From the NCBI GenBank assembly GCA_044070495.1, contig JBIPSI010000027.1, positions 12,127 to 76,126 of the forward strand: DNA of 64,000 bases. The letters are read 5' to 3'. Below, in pieces: positions 10,319 to 19,603 of the stretch. The position numbers and the translations under genes were made by a program. The notes beneath the pieces are model-generated. The model saw nothing but the letters and a program-made list of their open reading frames with translations, did not search any database and was not told where the DNA came from. Numbering within the stretch: the first letter of the stretch is position 1; the number at the start of each line of letters is the position of its first letter. Source of the DNA: Spirulina sp. (GTDB lineage Bacteria > Cyanobacteriota > Cyanobacteriia > Phormidesmidales > Phormidesmidaceae).

Positions 10319-10762
10319 ATGTTCTCCCAACTCTCCCTAGCGCCTCGGTACCGCCTGGATGATGAGTCTGCCTGGTTGCAAGGCATTGATCCCTTGCGGC
10401 GCTACTGGGTGATGGTGAATGGCGAAGAAACCCTGGTGCGTCGGCTTCCTGGCCTCAGTACCCAGAACTTTGACAACTTCAAGCAGGCCATTCGCGGCTT
10501 TCGGTCGTTGGATATTGGCCAAGAACTGACTTTGCCCGCCGAACTGGGCGAACAGTTGACCATCTTTTGCGTTGCGGAAAACACTTACGCCGTCGCCGAT
10601 CATTCCTCTGCCCCGGTATGGCACCTGTTTGATCGAGAATCCCTCGAATCGCTTCTGATGACGGCCCATCCCGACTGGCAATGTGCGTCCCAACATTTGC
10701 TTCTAGGGCAATCTGTTCTTACCGCCGCCTGGGGGCAACCTGTCGCGGCCAAAGCTGCCTAA
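10319..10762 (+). CDS. hypothetical protein
   Basis: 147-aa ATG ORF with host-like codon usage; no motif recognised. Confidence 0.7.
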   Translation: MFSQLSLAPRYRLDDESAWLQGIDPLRRYWVMVNGEETLVRRLPGLSTQNFDNFKQAIRGFRSLDIGQELTLPAELGEQLTIFCVAENTYAVADHSSAPVWHLFDRESLESLLMTAHPDWQCASQHLLLGQSVLTAAWGQPVAAKAA

Positions 10763-10796
10763 GCCTCTAAATCTTAAGATTCCAGGATTATCCCAC

Positions 10797-10935
10797 GATC
10801 CCAGGGTTCTACTGGGCCTTAGCCTAGGGCTATTGCACTGGCGTAAGCGACTATCGACCGGGAACGCAACCAACTCGCCGCGTTCTACTGGGCCTTAGCC
10901 TAGGGCTATTGCACTGGCCCAAGAACCCTGGGACT
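10797..10935. repeat. 63-bp hairpin element expanded by repeat(37)-spacer(39)-repeat(37), a CRISPR-like single unit
   Basis: identical 37-mers GTTCTACTGGGCCTTAGCCTAGGGCTATTGCACTGGC at 10806-10842 and 10882-10918. Confidence 0.85.
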
Positions 10936-10952
10936 AACTACGTATAAGCAAC

Positions 10953-11348
10953 CTATCCCCGGTTAAATTGCAGTAACTCTTGCAGAGAGGCCAGCAGTTT
11001 AATTTCGGTGCGTTGAATGTGGTCGGCGGTGGAAATGTCAAAAATCCATTGCACATTCACGGTAAAGAGGGGTGTTTTGACGCGACCCTTCACTGTCACT
11101 TGGCGACCACTATCAATGGGTTGCGTGTGGCTTTCTTTCGGGATTGCCCGCATTCCAGCCGCTTCCTGGGCTAGGTAGGTGGCAATGGCGGGTGGCCCCA
11201 CAATGGCTTCCTCGAAGGGTGGGCATAGGCAACCTTCATCGCTGAATAGCGTGGCCACAGCGGCGTAGTTGCCCTGGTTGAAATGCTGGAAATAGCGCTC
11301 CGTAACCGGGTCTAGGGTGGGGGTAGTTTGGGAAAGGGTTTGAACCAT
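10953..11348 (-). CDS. OCP C-terminal domain homolog (CTDH, NTF2-like)
   Basis: YFQHFNQG, PPFEEAIVG, VKGRVKTPLF, KLLASLQELL match the OCP CTD; adjacent to HCP. Confidence 0.85.
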   Translation of the reverse strand: MVQTLSQTTPTLDPVTERYFQHFNQGNYAAVATLFSDEGCLCPPFEEAIVGPPAIATYLAQEAAGMRAIPKESHTQPIDSGRQVTVKGRVKTPLFTVNVQWIFDISTADHIQRTEIKLLASLQELLQFNRG

Positions 11349-11381
11349 GGGGAGTAGGGGGTTGGGGGATGAACTGAGACA

Positions 11382-11513
11382 GGGTGTAGGGTGGGAAGGT
11401 GCAAGGTGGGGGGGGTGAAGGTGGGAGGGGTGAAGGGGGGAGGGGTGAAGGTGGGAGGGGTGAAGGTGGGAAGGTTGAAGGTGGGGGGGGTGAAGGTGGG
11501 AGGGGTGAAGGTG
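11382..11513. repeat. 15-bp purine-rich tandem repeat
   Basis: about 8 imperfect units of TGAAGGTGGGAGGGG. Confidence 0.85.
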
Positions 11514-11621
11514 CTCTGTATTGCCTAGATATGAAAAAGGGATGGCTACCCTGTTGGAGGCCGTGGGGCGCTCTCGGATAACCATCCCAATGTCACAATT
11601 TAGCCATCATAGGCTAGGAAA

Positions 11622-12119
11622 CTAGGCCAGAGGATCGACGCCCATGGTGACGACGGACTGGCGCATGATGGTGATTTGCTGGTTGAAGTCGAGCTTGGAG
11701 ATTTGGCCAAAGACGGTTTGACCGTCGGCCCCTAGCTTGTAGGTGATGGGAACAGGAACGACGGTTCCGGCACGCATTTCTTCCGCCAGTTGGAACCAGA
11801 AGGCCAGCTTGGTGTTGTTGGTCAACACGCCGTAGGCACGGGTGAGGGGGGTGCTGGTGCGGTTCACCAGGTCACGCATGAACTGGAGTTGTTCGTTGTG
11901 GGACAGCGCCTTCACTTGGGCGAGTAGTCCCTCAGCAAACTGAAGACGGGCAGCCCCAGGAGCGGCGGGCGTAATCGAACGGCCCATGTTGTCGTACAGA
12001 ACCCAGAGCAGGCCGAGTTGCTCATCGGTGGTCAAGCCTTTGAAGGCAGAAATCGCGTTCGATACCGGAGCGGCCAAGCCAGCGGAAACGGTAGCAGGAG
12101 CGTTGAGTGTGTAGGTCAT
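11622..12119 (-). CDS. helical carotenoid protein (OCP N-terminal domain homolog, HCP)
   Basis: ITPAAPGAA, NTKLAFWFQLAEEM, QQITIMR, MGVDP; GGAGG RBS. Confidence 0.9.
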   Translation of the reverse strand: MTYTLNAPATVSAGLAAPVSNAISAFKGLTTDEQLGLLWVLYDNMGRSITPAAPGAARLQFAEGLLAQVKALSHNEQLQFMRDLVNRTSTPLTRAYGVLTNNTKLAFWFQLAEEMRAGTVVPVPITYKLGADGQTVFGQISKLDFNQQITIMRQSVVTMGVDPLA

Positions 12120-12430
12120 GGGGACCTCCATGTAATGAGTGGTGAGCCTTCACAAGTACTAAAGTAACAAAATATTACGTTTCGTGTAACGAATAATCAT
12201 TCACAAAGCTTATGTGCATGGTGGGGTTGACTCAATGTATCAATTCTGTCGAATGGCTCTGTTCCTTTGTGGGTAAAGCTTTCGGCTGTTTGCAGAACCC
12301 AGGGCTTGATGAGTATTATTGCTTATTTCGACGAAATTCTCTGGGGTAAAGGAATGGGGTAGCATGGCACAGGGCCGGTTGCTGTCTTTCCCCGGCTGCT
12401 GTTTTTCCCGGCCATACATCGGATAAATCT

Positions 12431-12871
12431 ATGTTGACCTCCTCCGACGGACTCTCTTTGGCAAATCAGTATGGGGATCGCGCCATTGCCCAAACCCGCG
12501 AAGCCCCGCTGGAAAAATGGCCTAGCCCCAGCCAAAACCGCTATACCATCCACCTAGAACACCCGGAATTCACGGCCCTCTGCCCTCGCTCAGGCTATCC
12601 CGACTTTGGCACCATTGTGGTGGACTACTGCCCCGGCGAATGGGTGGTGGAACTGAAGGCTTTTAAGCTGTTCATCAATGCCTTCCGTAACGAGCGCATT
12701 AGCCACGAGGCCGTCACCAACGCCATCCTCGACCGTCTCTGGGAGGAACTAGCGCCCCAGGGCATTCGCGTGATTGGGGATTTCACCCGTCGCGGCGGCG
12801 TCAAAACGGTGATTACCGTCAAAAAAGGGGACTGCGGCGACTTCGATCCCTACCAGGCCAATCCCCTTTAA
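12431..12871 (+). CDS. queF: NADPH-dependent 7-cyano-7-deazaguanine reductase
   Basis: PEFTALCPRSGYPDF, VELKA, ISHE, RGG motifs. Confidence 0.92.
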   Translation: MLTSSDGLSLANQYGDRAIAQTREAPLEKWPSPSQNRYTIHLEHPEFTALCPRSGYPDFGTIVVDYCPGEWVVELKAFKLFINAFRNERISHEAVTNAILDRLWEELAPQGIRVIGDFTRRGGVKTVITVKKGDCGDFDPYQANPL

Positions 12872-12899
12872 TTTCCAAATCACAGCACCAGACAGGATC

Positions 12900-13370
12900 C
12901 TACGGATGTTTGGGGCAGAGGCCGAATTCTTGCAGGGCGGGCAGAAAATTGTGGTTTTCGTGGCTGGGGCGGCTGAGCTTAATCAGCGCAAACCGCTGTA
13001 GGGGGCTAAGTTGCTGCCACTGTGGCAAGGTCAAAGGACAATCTACCTCCTCAGACCGCTGCTGAACGGTTGGGGGGATGGTGCCTGCCTGCATCCAGGG
13101 AGGATTGGGATCCACATCCAGGGTTTTGAGGGGGCCGTTGTGGTGCTGGACGATCAGGGTCGCTAGCCTGTCTCGGTAAGTGGTGATGGTGTCTGGCGAA
13201 TCGCAGGGCTGCTCTATAAGCTGCTGCCGTTCCGCCCGGTCAAACTGATTCCACTGGGCTAAGGAAAGCTTGATGCCGCAGGTATCTAACTTCATCCGCA
13301 CCCCCATGGGCACGCAGTGCAAGGTATCGGCGAAGTCTAATTCAAACTGAAAGAGCGTGTGGTCAGTCAT
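12900..13370 (-). CDS. nitrate reductase associated protein (NarM-like)
   Basis: FQFELDF, CVPMGVRMKLD, QRFALIKLSRPSHENHNF. Confidence 0.85.
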   Translation of the reverse strand: MTDHTLFQFELDFADTLHCVPMGVRMKLDTCGIKLSLAQWNQFDRAERQQLIEQPCDSPDTITTYRDRLATLIVQHHNGPLKTLDVDPNPPWMQAGTIPPTVQQRSEEVDCPLTLPQWQQLSPLQRFALIKLSRPSHENHNFLPALQEFGLCPKHP

Positions 13371-13479
13371 GGGTCGCCCACCTTGGGGAACGATTGCGGC
13401 TATGGGGATCTCATCACTGGATCGGTAACGCAGGGGATTGAGGTACCTGAGATCTGCGGTTGTCTCCCTTCCCCATGGC

Positions 13480-14796
13480 CTAGCGGGCCTGCACCTGGAG
13501 TTGATAATACTGGCCATTGTGGGTGACCAGCAGAGGATCGGTGGAATGATTGGGTTGGACGGGGGTGGGGCGAGGATTAGCGGCGGGGGGCGGCACTGGG
13601 GTCAAAATAATGCGATCCACCTGGGCACCCCTGGGCAGGGTGAAGACTTGGGCGAGACGGCTGTCTTGCTCTAGTTGGTCGGTGAGGGAAACCAGGGTGC
13701 CGAGGCCGTTGATCAGGTTGCGGATGTTGTTACGCAGGGCTGGGTCTCCCGTGAGTTCGTCCACATCGGCAATGACCTTTTGGGCACTTTGGAAAACGAT
13801 ACGCGCCGAGTCTAGGGTCTGTTGCAGCATGACCAGGTTTTCGGGGGTGTTGGCGGCGGCGGTGAGGGCGCGAATATCGGCCACGGCGTCACTGGCATCG
13901 GTGGAGAGGCGGTTGAGGTTGGCGATGAACTGGCTATCTTGCACCTCTGGGGCCAGGGTGGCCATGATGGTTTCGAGGTGGGCGCTACTGCGGCTGAGGC
14001 TGTCGAGGGTGGTCACCAGGCTGCTGCGGTTGCGGTTGATCAGGCCGTTGACCTCGCTGCCGGTGATTTCAAACTGGTTGGCCGCCGAGCTAACCGCCGT
14101 GGCGGTATTGCCAATTTCGGTGAGGGTGCCGTCTAGATTATCGGTGGCGCGGTTGGCCGAGGCCATCAATGGCCCTAGGTCGGATTGCACCTGCTGAGTC
14201 AGGCGGGTTAACTCCTCGGAGAGCGCCGTGGCGTTGGCAGTAAATGCTGAGGTATTTTGCAGGGTGAGGTTGAGATTGGCGGTCAGTTGTGGGTCGGCAA
14301 AGGTTTTCGCGAGATCCTCAGCGGATCGGATCAACGATTCGTAGCTGGCCCCCACCTCACCTAGGCGCTGGTCGCCATCGCAGAGGATCTGTTCGCTGTT
14401 GCAATTGGGTTGAAAGGGCGTGAGGCTGGCCGTAGCCACTTCCAGATTTTGTCGGGGCGTAATGTCCACGGTGGTTTCGCCAATCAGGCCCGACTGGTTC
14501 ACGGCAATCAGCGAATCGCTGGGAATCAGCAGGGTGGGTTGGCTAATTTCCACCTCCACTTCCACCTGATTCGATCCTGGTCGAATGGCCAGTACGCGCC
14601 CCACCCGCACCCCGCGAAAACGCACGGCGGTACCCTCCTGCATCCCCAGGGTGTTGGTGAAGACGAAGGTGGCTCGGTAGCTTTGCTGTCGGGGGTTATA
14701 TCCACGCAGCCACAGTACTAGGCCGCCAAATAGGCCAACGGCCAGTAAAATGAGCAACCCGACTGAACCTTCTCGAATGGCCCGTTCCCGCATCAT
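13480..14796 (-). CDS. mlaD: MlaD/MCE family protein
   Basis: REGSVGL plus TM anchor, VRFRGVRVGRV, QSGLIGE, then helical region. Confidence 0.88.
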   Translation of the reverse strand: MMRERAIREGSVGLLILLAVGLFGGLVLWLRGYNPRQQSYRATFVFTNTLGMQEGTAVRFRGVRVGRVLAIRPGSNQVEVEVEISQPTLLIPSDSLIAVNQSGLIGETTVDITPRQNLEVATASLTPFQPNCNSEQILCDGDQRLGEVGASYESLIRSAEDLAKTFADPQLTANLNLTLQNTSAFTANATALSEELTRLTQQVQSDLGPLMASANRATDNLDGTLTEIGNTATAVSSAANQFEITGSEVNGLINRNRSSLVTTLDSLSRSSAHLETIMATLAPEVQDSQFIANLNRLSTDASDAVADIRALTAAANTPENLVMLQQTLDSARIVFQSAQKVIADVDELTGDPALRNNIRNLINGLGTLVSLTDQLEQDSRLAQVFTLPRGAQVDRIILTPVPPPAANPRPTPVQPNHSTDPLLVTHNGQYYQLQVQAR

Positions 14797-14864
14797 CGTT
14801 CCTCAGTTCGTCCAACGGTGCGCCCTTGCCCATGGTTTCGATTTACCATGACCGCGCTCTCCAA

Positions 14865-15734
14865 CTATTGCACCATCTGAATCGGCCCTTGCACCTGGCC
14901 GCTAAAAAACTGACGCACATAGGGATTATCGGTTTCATCAATGGCGGCAATGGGGCCGCTCCACTGAATTTTGCCACGGTGTAGAAAAATAACCCGGTCG
15001 GCGGTGCGGCGGATAGTGCTGTCTTGGTGAGTGACGATGAGATAGGATCCGCAGCCATGGCCCCGCTGGATGTCGCGAATCAGATCCTCAATGACGGTGG
15101 ACGCGATGGGATCGAGTCCAGCGGTAGGTTCATCGTACAGCAGTAGGGCAGGCCGATCCTGAGGATTTTCGGGGTTACTGATGATCGCCCTAGCAAAGCT
15201 CACTCGCTTGCGCATCCCCCCCGATAGTTCCGCCGGATAGCGCTTGCCAATGCCCGGAAGCCCCACCATTTCTAGCACCTCCTCCACCAGTTGCCCAATT
15301 TGACGCGGGGGCAGGGTGGAATGTTGGTAGAGCAAAAAACCCACATTTTCTGCCACCGTTAGCGAGTCGAACAGGGCCGCCTGCTGAAAGACCATGCCGA
15401 TACCGACCGGATCGTGGGCGTCTTCAATCAAACCTTCCCGCCGTTGACCCGCCACGTAAATCTCCCCCGCATCGGCGGCTAGCAGCCCTGCAATGATGCG
15501 AAGAATGGTTGATTTTCCGGTGCCCGATGGGCCAATGATGGCTACGGCCTCTCCAGGGTATACCGTTAGGTCCACCTGATCGAGCACCTGATTGGATCCA
15601 AATCGTTTAGAAATGCCGTGCAAATACAGTAGCTCCTGATGCCCACACCCCGCCATGGGTGTCGCGCCTCCTAGCCTAGGTTGAGCCCCTAGGGGATCCG
15701 TGGCATCCGTTGATAGCTCGCGAGGATCATCCAT
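14865..15734 (-). CDS. mlaF: ABC transporter ATP-binding protein (MlaF-like)
   Basis: GPSGTGKST, LSGGMRKRV, YDEPTAGLDP; next to mlaD; start uncertain. Confidence 0.88.
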   Translation of the reverse strand: MDDPRELSTDATDPLGAQPRLGGATPMAGCGHQELLYLHGISKRFGSNQVLDQVDLTVYPGEAVAIIGPSGTGKSTILRIIAGLLAADAGEIYVAGQRREGLIEDAHDPVGIGMVFQQAALFDSLTVAENVGFLLYQHSTLPPRQIGQLVEEVLEMVGLPGIGKRYPAELSGGMRKRVSFARAIISNPENPQDRPALLLYDEPTAGLDPIASTVIEDLIRDIQRGHGCGSYLIVTHQDSTIRRTADRVIFLHRGKIQWSGPIAAIDETDNPYVRQFFSGQVQGPIQMVQ

Positions 15735-16025
15735 CGTTTGAACAGCAATAGTTCGGTGCTGGAACCCTGGGATAGGGTCTCAGGGGAGGGACTGCGGCGG
15801 TGTAGAGGCCCCGACCCGCCACGCTGATCGTAGCATCAAACCCCTCAAAGCCACGGCAACCCCCTGCCTCTGGCTGTTTTCCGGCCCGCGTATGGGGGCA
15901 TGTCGTCGGGGGACGAGCGATGCGGCCAGGGTGGCTAGGCGGTGGCTTTCGTATCCTACCGTTAAGCGATGCCCACCGTGCTGGGGCCACCGAGGGATAC
16001 TAGAGGAGATAACCTGCCCCTGGCG

Positions 16026-16730
16026 ATGGAAATCAGCCCTGACAGCTTAATTTATTTCGAGCGAGCCCCCCTAGTGGTCAATGCCACCCTGGTGTTTACC
16101 TGGGTCACCATGGCGCTGGTGGTGGTGGGGGCGGCGGTGGTGACCCGACGGTTGACGGTGGTGCCGCCGCTACCGACCTGGCAAAACCTGCTGGAAATGG
16201 TGGTGGAGGGCATCTACGACCAAATTCGTGACATTACCCAACAGGATCCAGAGCCCTACTTTGATTTTGTGGGCACCTTGTTTTTGTTCATCGTTACCTC
16301 CAATGTGCTGGCGGCGGTGCCTGGTTACCAAGCCCCCACGGGGTCACTGTCTACCACTACGGCCTTGGCAATCTGCGTGTTTGTGGCGGTGCCCATCTTC
16401 GGCATTCGCAGCCAGGGGCTAGGCCGCTACCTCAAAAGCTATTTGGAACCGACACCCATTATGCTGCCGTTCCAAATTATTGGAGAATTTTCCCGAACTT
16501 TGGCCCTGGCGGTGCGGCTCTTTGGCAACATTATGAGCGGCAATTTGCTGGTGGCCATTTTGTTATCCCTAGTGCCCCTGTTTGTGCCCGTGGTGATGCA
16601 GATTTTGGGGCTTGTATTTGGCCTCATCCAAGCCTACGTGTTTGCGGTATTGGCCTTGGTCTATTTGGCATCGGCCACCGCTGTTCAGCAAGGCCATCCC
16701 CGTTCTACCCAGGAGATATCCCATGACTGA
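16026..16730 (+). CDS. atpB: N-type ATPase F0 subunit a
   Basis: SRTLALAVRLFGN, IQAYVF, PTGSLSTT. Confidence 0.92.
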   Translation: MEISPDSLIYFERAPLVVNATLVFTWVTMALVVVGAAVVTRRLTVVPPLPTWQNLLEMVVEGIYDQIRDITQQDPEPYFDFVGTLFLFIVTSNVLAAVPGYQAPTGSLSTTTALAICVFVAVPIFGIRSQGLGRYLKSYLEPTPIMLPFQIIGEFSRTLALAVRLFGNIMSGNLLVAILLSLVPLFVPVVMQILGLVFGLIQAYVFAVLALVYLASATAVQQGHPRSTQEISHD

Positions 16731-16992
16731 TCTCGCGTTAATTGGAGCAGTATCCATCGCCACGGCAGGAATCACCATCGCCATTGGAGCCATTGGCCCT
16801 GCCATTGGGGAGGGCATGGCCGTGGCCCGCGCATTAGGAGCTATTGCCCAGCAGCCCGATAAAACCAATACCATCACCCGTACCCTATTTGTAGGGTTGG
16901 CCATGGTAGAATCCACCGCTATTTACTGTCTGGTAGTATCGATGATTTTGCTGTTTGTGAATCCATTCTGGAACTACTTTTTGGGGAACTAA
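16723..16992 (+). CDS. atpE: N-type ATPase F0 subunit c with Na+-binding motif
   Basis: GPAIGEG, AQQP, ESTAIY; AGGAG RBS before ATG 16723. Confidence 0.92.
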   Translation: MTDLALIGAVSIATAGITIAIGAIGPAIGEGMAVARALGAIAQQPDKTNTITRTLFVGLAMVESTAIYCLVVSMILLFVNPFWNYFLGN

Positions 16993-16994
16993 CG

Positions 16995-17819
16995 GTGTTA
17001 ATTAATGGGTTCACGGTGTTTGCCCAAATTGTCAATTTTCTCATCCTAGTAGCGCTGCTGCGCTGGGTGCTCTACAAGCCCATTTTTAAGGTCTTAAATC
17101 AGCGACAAAAGGGGCTAGAGGAACGCTGGCAAGGGGCAGAACAGCTTCAAATGGAGGCCCAACAGGCGCTCTTGACCTATCAACAGCAGCAGCAGGATTT
17201 GGTAGACCAGCGGCAGACCCTACTGGCGGCGGCGCGGGCCGAGGCGGAACAGGAACGGCAGCGGCAGATCACCCAAATTCGCCAGGAGGCCGCTGACCAA
17301 CGGGCCAATTGGCGGGCGGATCTACACCAGGCCCAGCAGGCTTTTTTGCTCAACCTGCGCCAACAGGTGATGCAGCAAACCACAGCCATTGCCCGTCGAG
17401 CCTTGGCAGACCTGGCCAATGCGGATTTGGAGCGGCAAATGGTGACGGTGTTTTGCGACCATCTGCGCCACCTGCCCGCTAATCAACACCAAACCCTGAC
17501 TCAAACCCTGGCCCAAACCCTCGCCGAACCCATCGCAGTACGCAGCAGCTTTGGCCTCGCCACCGACCTCCAACAGCAGATAATCGACACCCTCCAGGCC
17601 ACCTTTGGACAGGTTCCCCCGGTAGAGTTCGCCATCGTTTCCGACCTGATCTGCGGCATTGAACTACGACTAGCGGGGCAGGAAGTCATCTGGAGCCTCG
17701 ACACCTACCTCACCACCCTAGAACAACACCTGGCCGCCGCCCTCACCCAAACAGACCTAGCCGAGAAGCCCCTCACCAATCCAGGACTCACGACAGAAGA
17801 TCTGTCCCCACCTTCCTAA
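16995..17819 (+). CDS. atpF: N-type ATPase subunit b with delta-like C-terminus
   Basis: FTVFAQIVNFLILV, coiled coil, C-terminal LICGIEL..WSLDTYL. Confidence 0.9.
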   Translation: MLINGFTVFAQIVNFLILVALLRWVLYKPIFKVLNQRQKGLEERWQGAEQLQMEAQQALLTYQQQQQDLVDQRQTLLAAARAEAEQERQRQITQIRQEAADQRANWRADLHQAQQAFLLNLRQQVMQQTTAIARRALADLANADLERQMVTVFCDHLRHLPANQHQTLTQTLAQTLAEPIAVRSSFGLATDLQQQIIDTLQATFGQVPPVEFAIVSDLICGIELRLAGQEVIWSLDTYLTTLEQHLAAALTQTDLAEKPLTNPGLTTEDLSPPS

Positions 17820-17880
17820 CCCTCCCAACCTCCCAACCTCCCAACCTCCCAACCTTCTGACCTCCTAACCTTCCAACCCC
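17812..17880. repeat. 8-bp tandem repeat (CTCCCAAC)n between atpF and atpA
   Basis: four perfect plus several degenerate units. Confidence 0.8.
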
Positions 17881-17916
17881 TTAAAACCATCCCCCACCCC
17901 AGAGGGAACCCCCGCC

Positions 17917-19485
17917 ATGACCACCGCCCAGTCCATCCAATCCACCTGCACCAACGCCCAGGCCATCGTTGATCAAGTCTTGGCCGACTATCACCCTGGC
18001 CTCACCCTGCGGGAAACGGGACAGGTGCAGTCCGTCCGTCCCGGCATTGCCCGTGTGACGGGGTTGCCGGGGGTGCGGGCCGATGAACTAGTAAGTTTTC
18101 CCGGTGCGGGGCCAGGGCAACCACCGCTGTTGGGCATTGCCTTTAACTTAGATCCCGACGAGGTGGGGGTAATTTTGCTGGGCGACAGTCCCGACCTTCA
18201 GGCGGGGGATACGGTCTACCGCACCGAGCGGGTGATGGATGTGCCCGTGGGAGATGGGTTGCTGGGGCGGGTGGTGACGGTGATGGGCGAACCCCTGGAT
18301 GGTCGAGGGCCGTTGAATTTGGCCGAACGGCGTCCGGTGGAACGGGAGGCTCCGGCGATTCTTGACCGTGCTCCGGTGACGGTGCCCCTGCAAACTGGGC
18401 TGAAGGTGGTGGATGCGCTGATTCCCATTGGTCGGGGCCAGCGGGAGTTGATCATTGGCGACCGTCAAACCGGAAAAACCGCCATTGCTGTAGATACCAT
18501 CCTCAACCAAAAGGACACGGGGGTGATCTGCATCTACTGCGCCATTGGCCAGCGATCCGCCGCCATCGCTAAGGTGATTGCCACTCTGCGAGATCAGGGG
18601 GCCATGGACTACACCATCGTCGTCGTTGCCGCCGGACAGGATCCCCTCGGTCTGCAATACATCACCCCCTACGGAGCCACCACCATGGGGGAATATTTCA
18701 TGGCCCAGGGCCGCGATGTGCTGGTAATCTACGACGACCTCACCCACCACGCCCGCACCTATCGGGAACTCTCCCTGCTGCTGCGTCGCCCTCCCGGTCG
18801 GGAAGCCTATCCCGGCGACATTTTCTACCTCCACTCCCGCCTGCTGGAACGGGCCACCCACCTCAGCCCAGACCTGGGCGGCGGATCCCTCACCGCCCTA
18901 CCGATCATCGAAACCCAGGCCCAAAACCTTTCGGCCTACATTCCCACCAACCTGATCTCCATCACCGATGGCCAGATTTACCTGTCCCCCGATCTGTTCC
19001 AAAAAAGCATTTTCCCCGCCGTGGATGTGGGTAAATCCGTCTCCCGCGTGGGCGGAAAAACCCAACTGCCCGCCTACCAATCCGTGGCCGGAGACCTGCG
19101 CCTCGCCTACGCCCAATTCCAAGAGGTGGAAGTCTTCGCCCGCTTTGGCACCCAGCTCGATGACCAAACCCGCCGCACCCTAGAACGAGGCCGCCGCATC
19201 CGGGCCGTCCTCAAACAGCGCCAGTCCCAACCCCTGGCCGCCGCCGAACAGATTGCCATCCTCTTTGCCGTCACCAGCGGCCTCCTCGATGCCGTCCCCC
19301 TCGACCAGATCGACGAGGCCCAACAATGCCTTGCCGCCGCCATCGCCCAAGACCTCCCTGAACTTTGGGCCACCATCCACCGGGGCCAACCCCTCACCCC
19401 CGCCGACCTCAATGCCCTCACCGAGATACTCTCCCAAGCCATTGATCCCCTGATTCCAGCCACCAGTACCGAGTCTGTTCCCTAG
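17917..19485 (+). CDS. atpA: N-type (alternate) F1 ATPase subunit alpha
   Basis: [37 protein letters not shown]. Confidence 0.95.
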   Translation: MTTAQSIQSTCTNAQAIVDQVLADYHPGLTLRETGQVQSVRPGIARVTGLPGVRADELVSFPGAGPGQPPLLGIAFNLDPDEVGVILLGDSPDLQAGDTVYRTERVMDVPVGDGLLGRVVTVMGEPLDGRGPLNLAERRPVEREAPAILDRAPVTVPLQTGLKVVDALIPIGRGQRELIIGDRQTGKTAIAVDTILNQKDTGVICIYCAIGQRSAAIAKVIATLRDQGAMDYTIVVVAAGQDPLGLQYITPYGATTMGEYFMAQGRDVLVIYDDLTHHARTYRELSLLLRRPPGREAYPGDIFYLHSRLLERATHLSPDLGGGSLTALPIIETQAQNLSAYIPTNLISITDGQIYLSPDLFQKSIFPAVDVGKSVSRVGGKTQLPAYQSVAGDLRLAYAQFQEVEVFARFGTQLDDQTRRTLERGRRIRAVLKQRQSQPLAAAEQIAILFAVTSGLLDAVPLDQIDEAQQCLAAAIAQDLPELWATIHRGQPLTPADLNALTEILSQAIDPLIPATSTESVP

Positions 19486-19526
19486 GGCGGCAGGATCTTC
19501 CTAAGGCGGCAAGATCCGACACATCA

Positions 19527-19557
19527 AAGCCCCTGTCCCAAAAAGAACAGGGGCTTA
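19527..19557. terminator. hairpin between convergent atpA and cobW
   Basis: AAGCCCCTGT...ACAGGGGCTT. Confidence 0.6.
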
Positions 19558-19603
19558 GGCGTTCTACCCGTCGGGGAGTACAGAAACCGTAGGGATGCTT
19601 GAC

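Noticed and set aside
10806..10918. bona fide CRISPR array
   Set aside because: only two repeats, no cas genes or leader in the window, and the repeat is part of a host hairpin element; kept as an ectopic-integration hypothesis
11349..11585. His/Pro-rich N-terminal extension of CTDH in the ORF track
   Set aside because: produced by the in-frame 15-mer DNA repeat; the domain starts at MVQTLSQ
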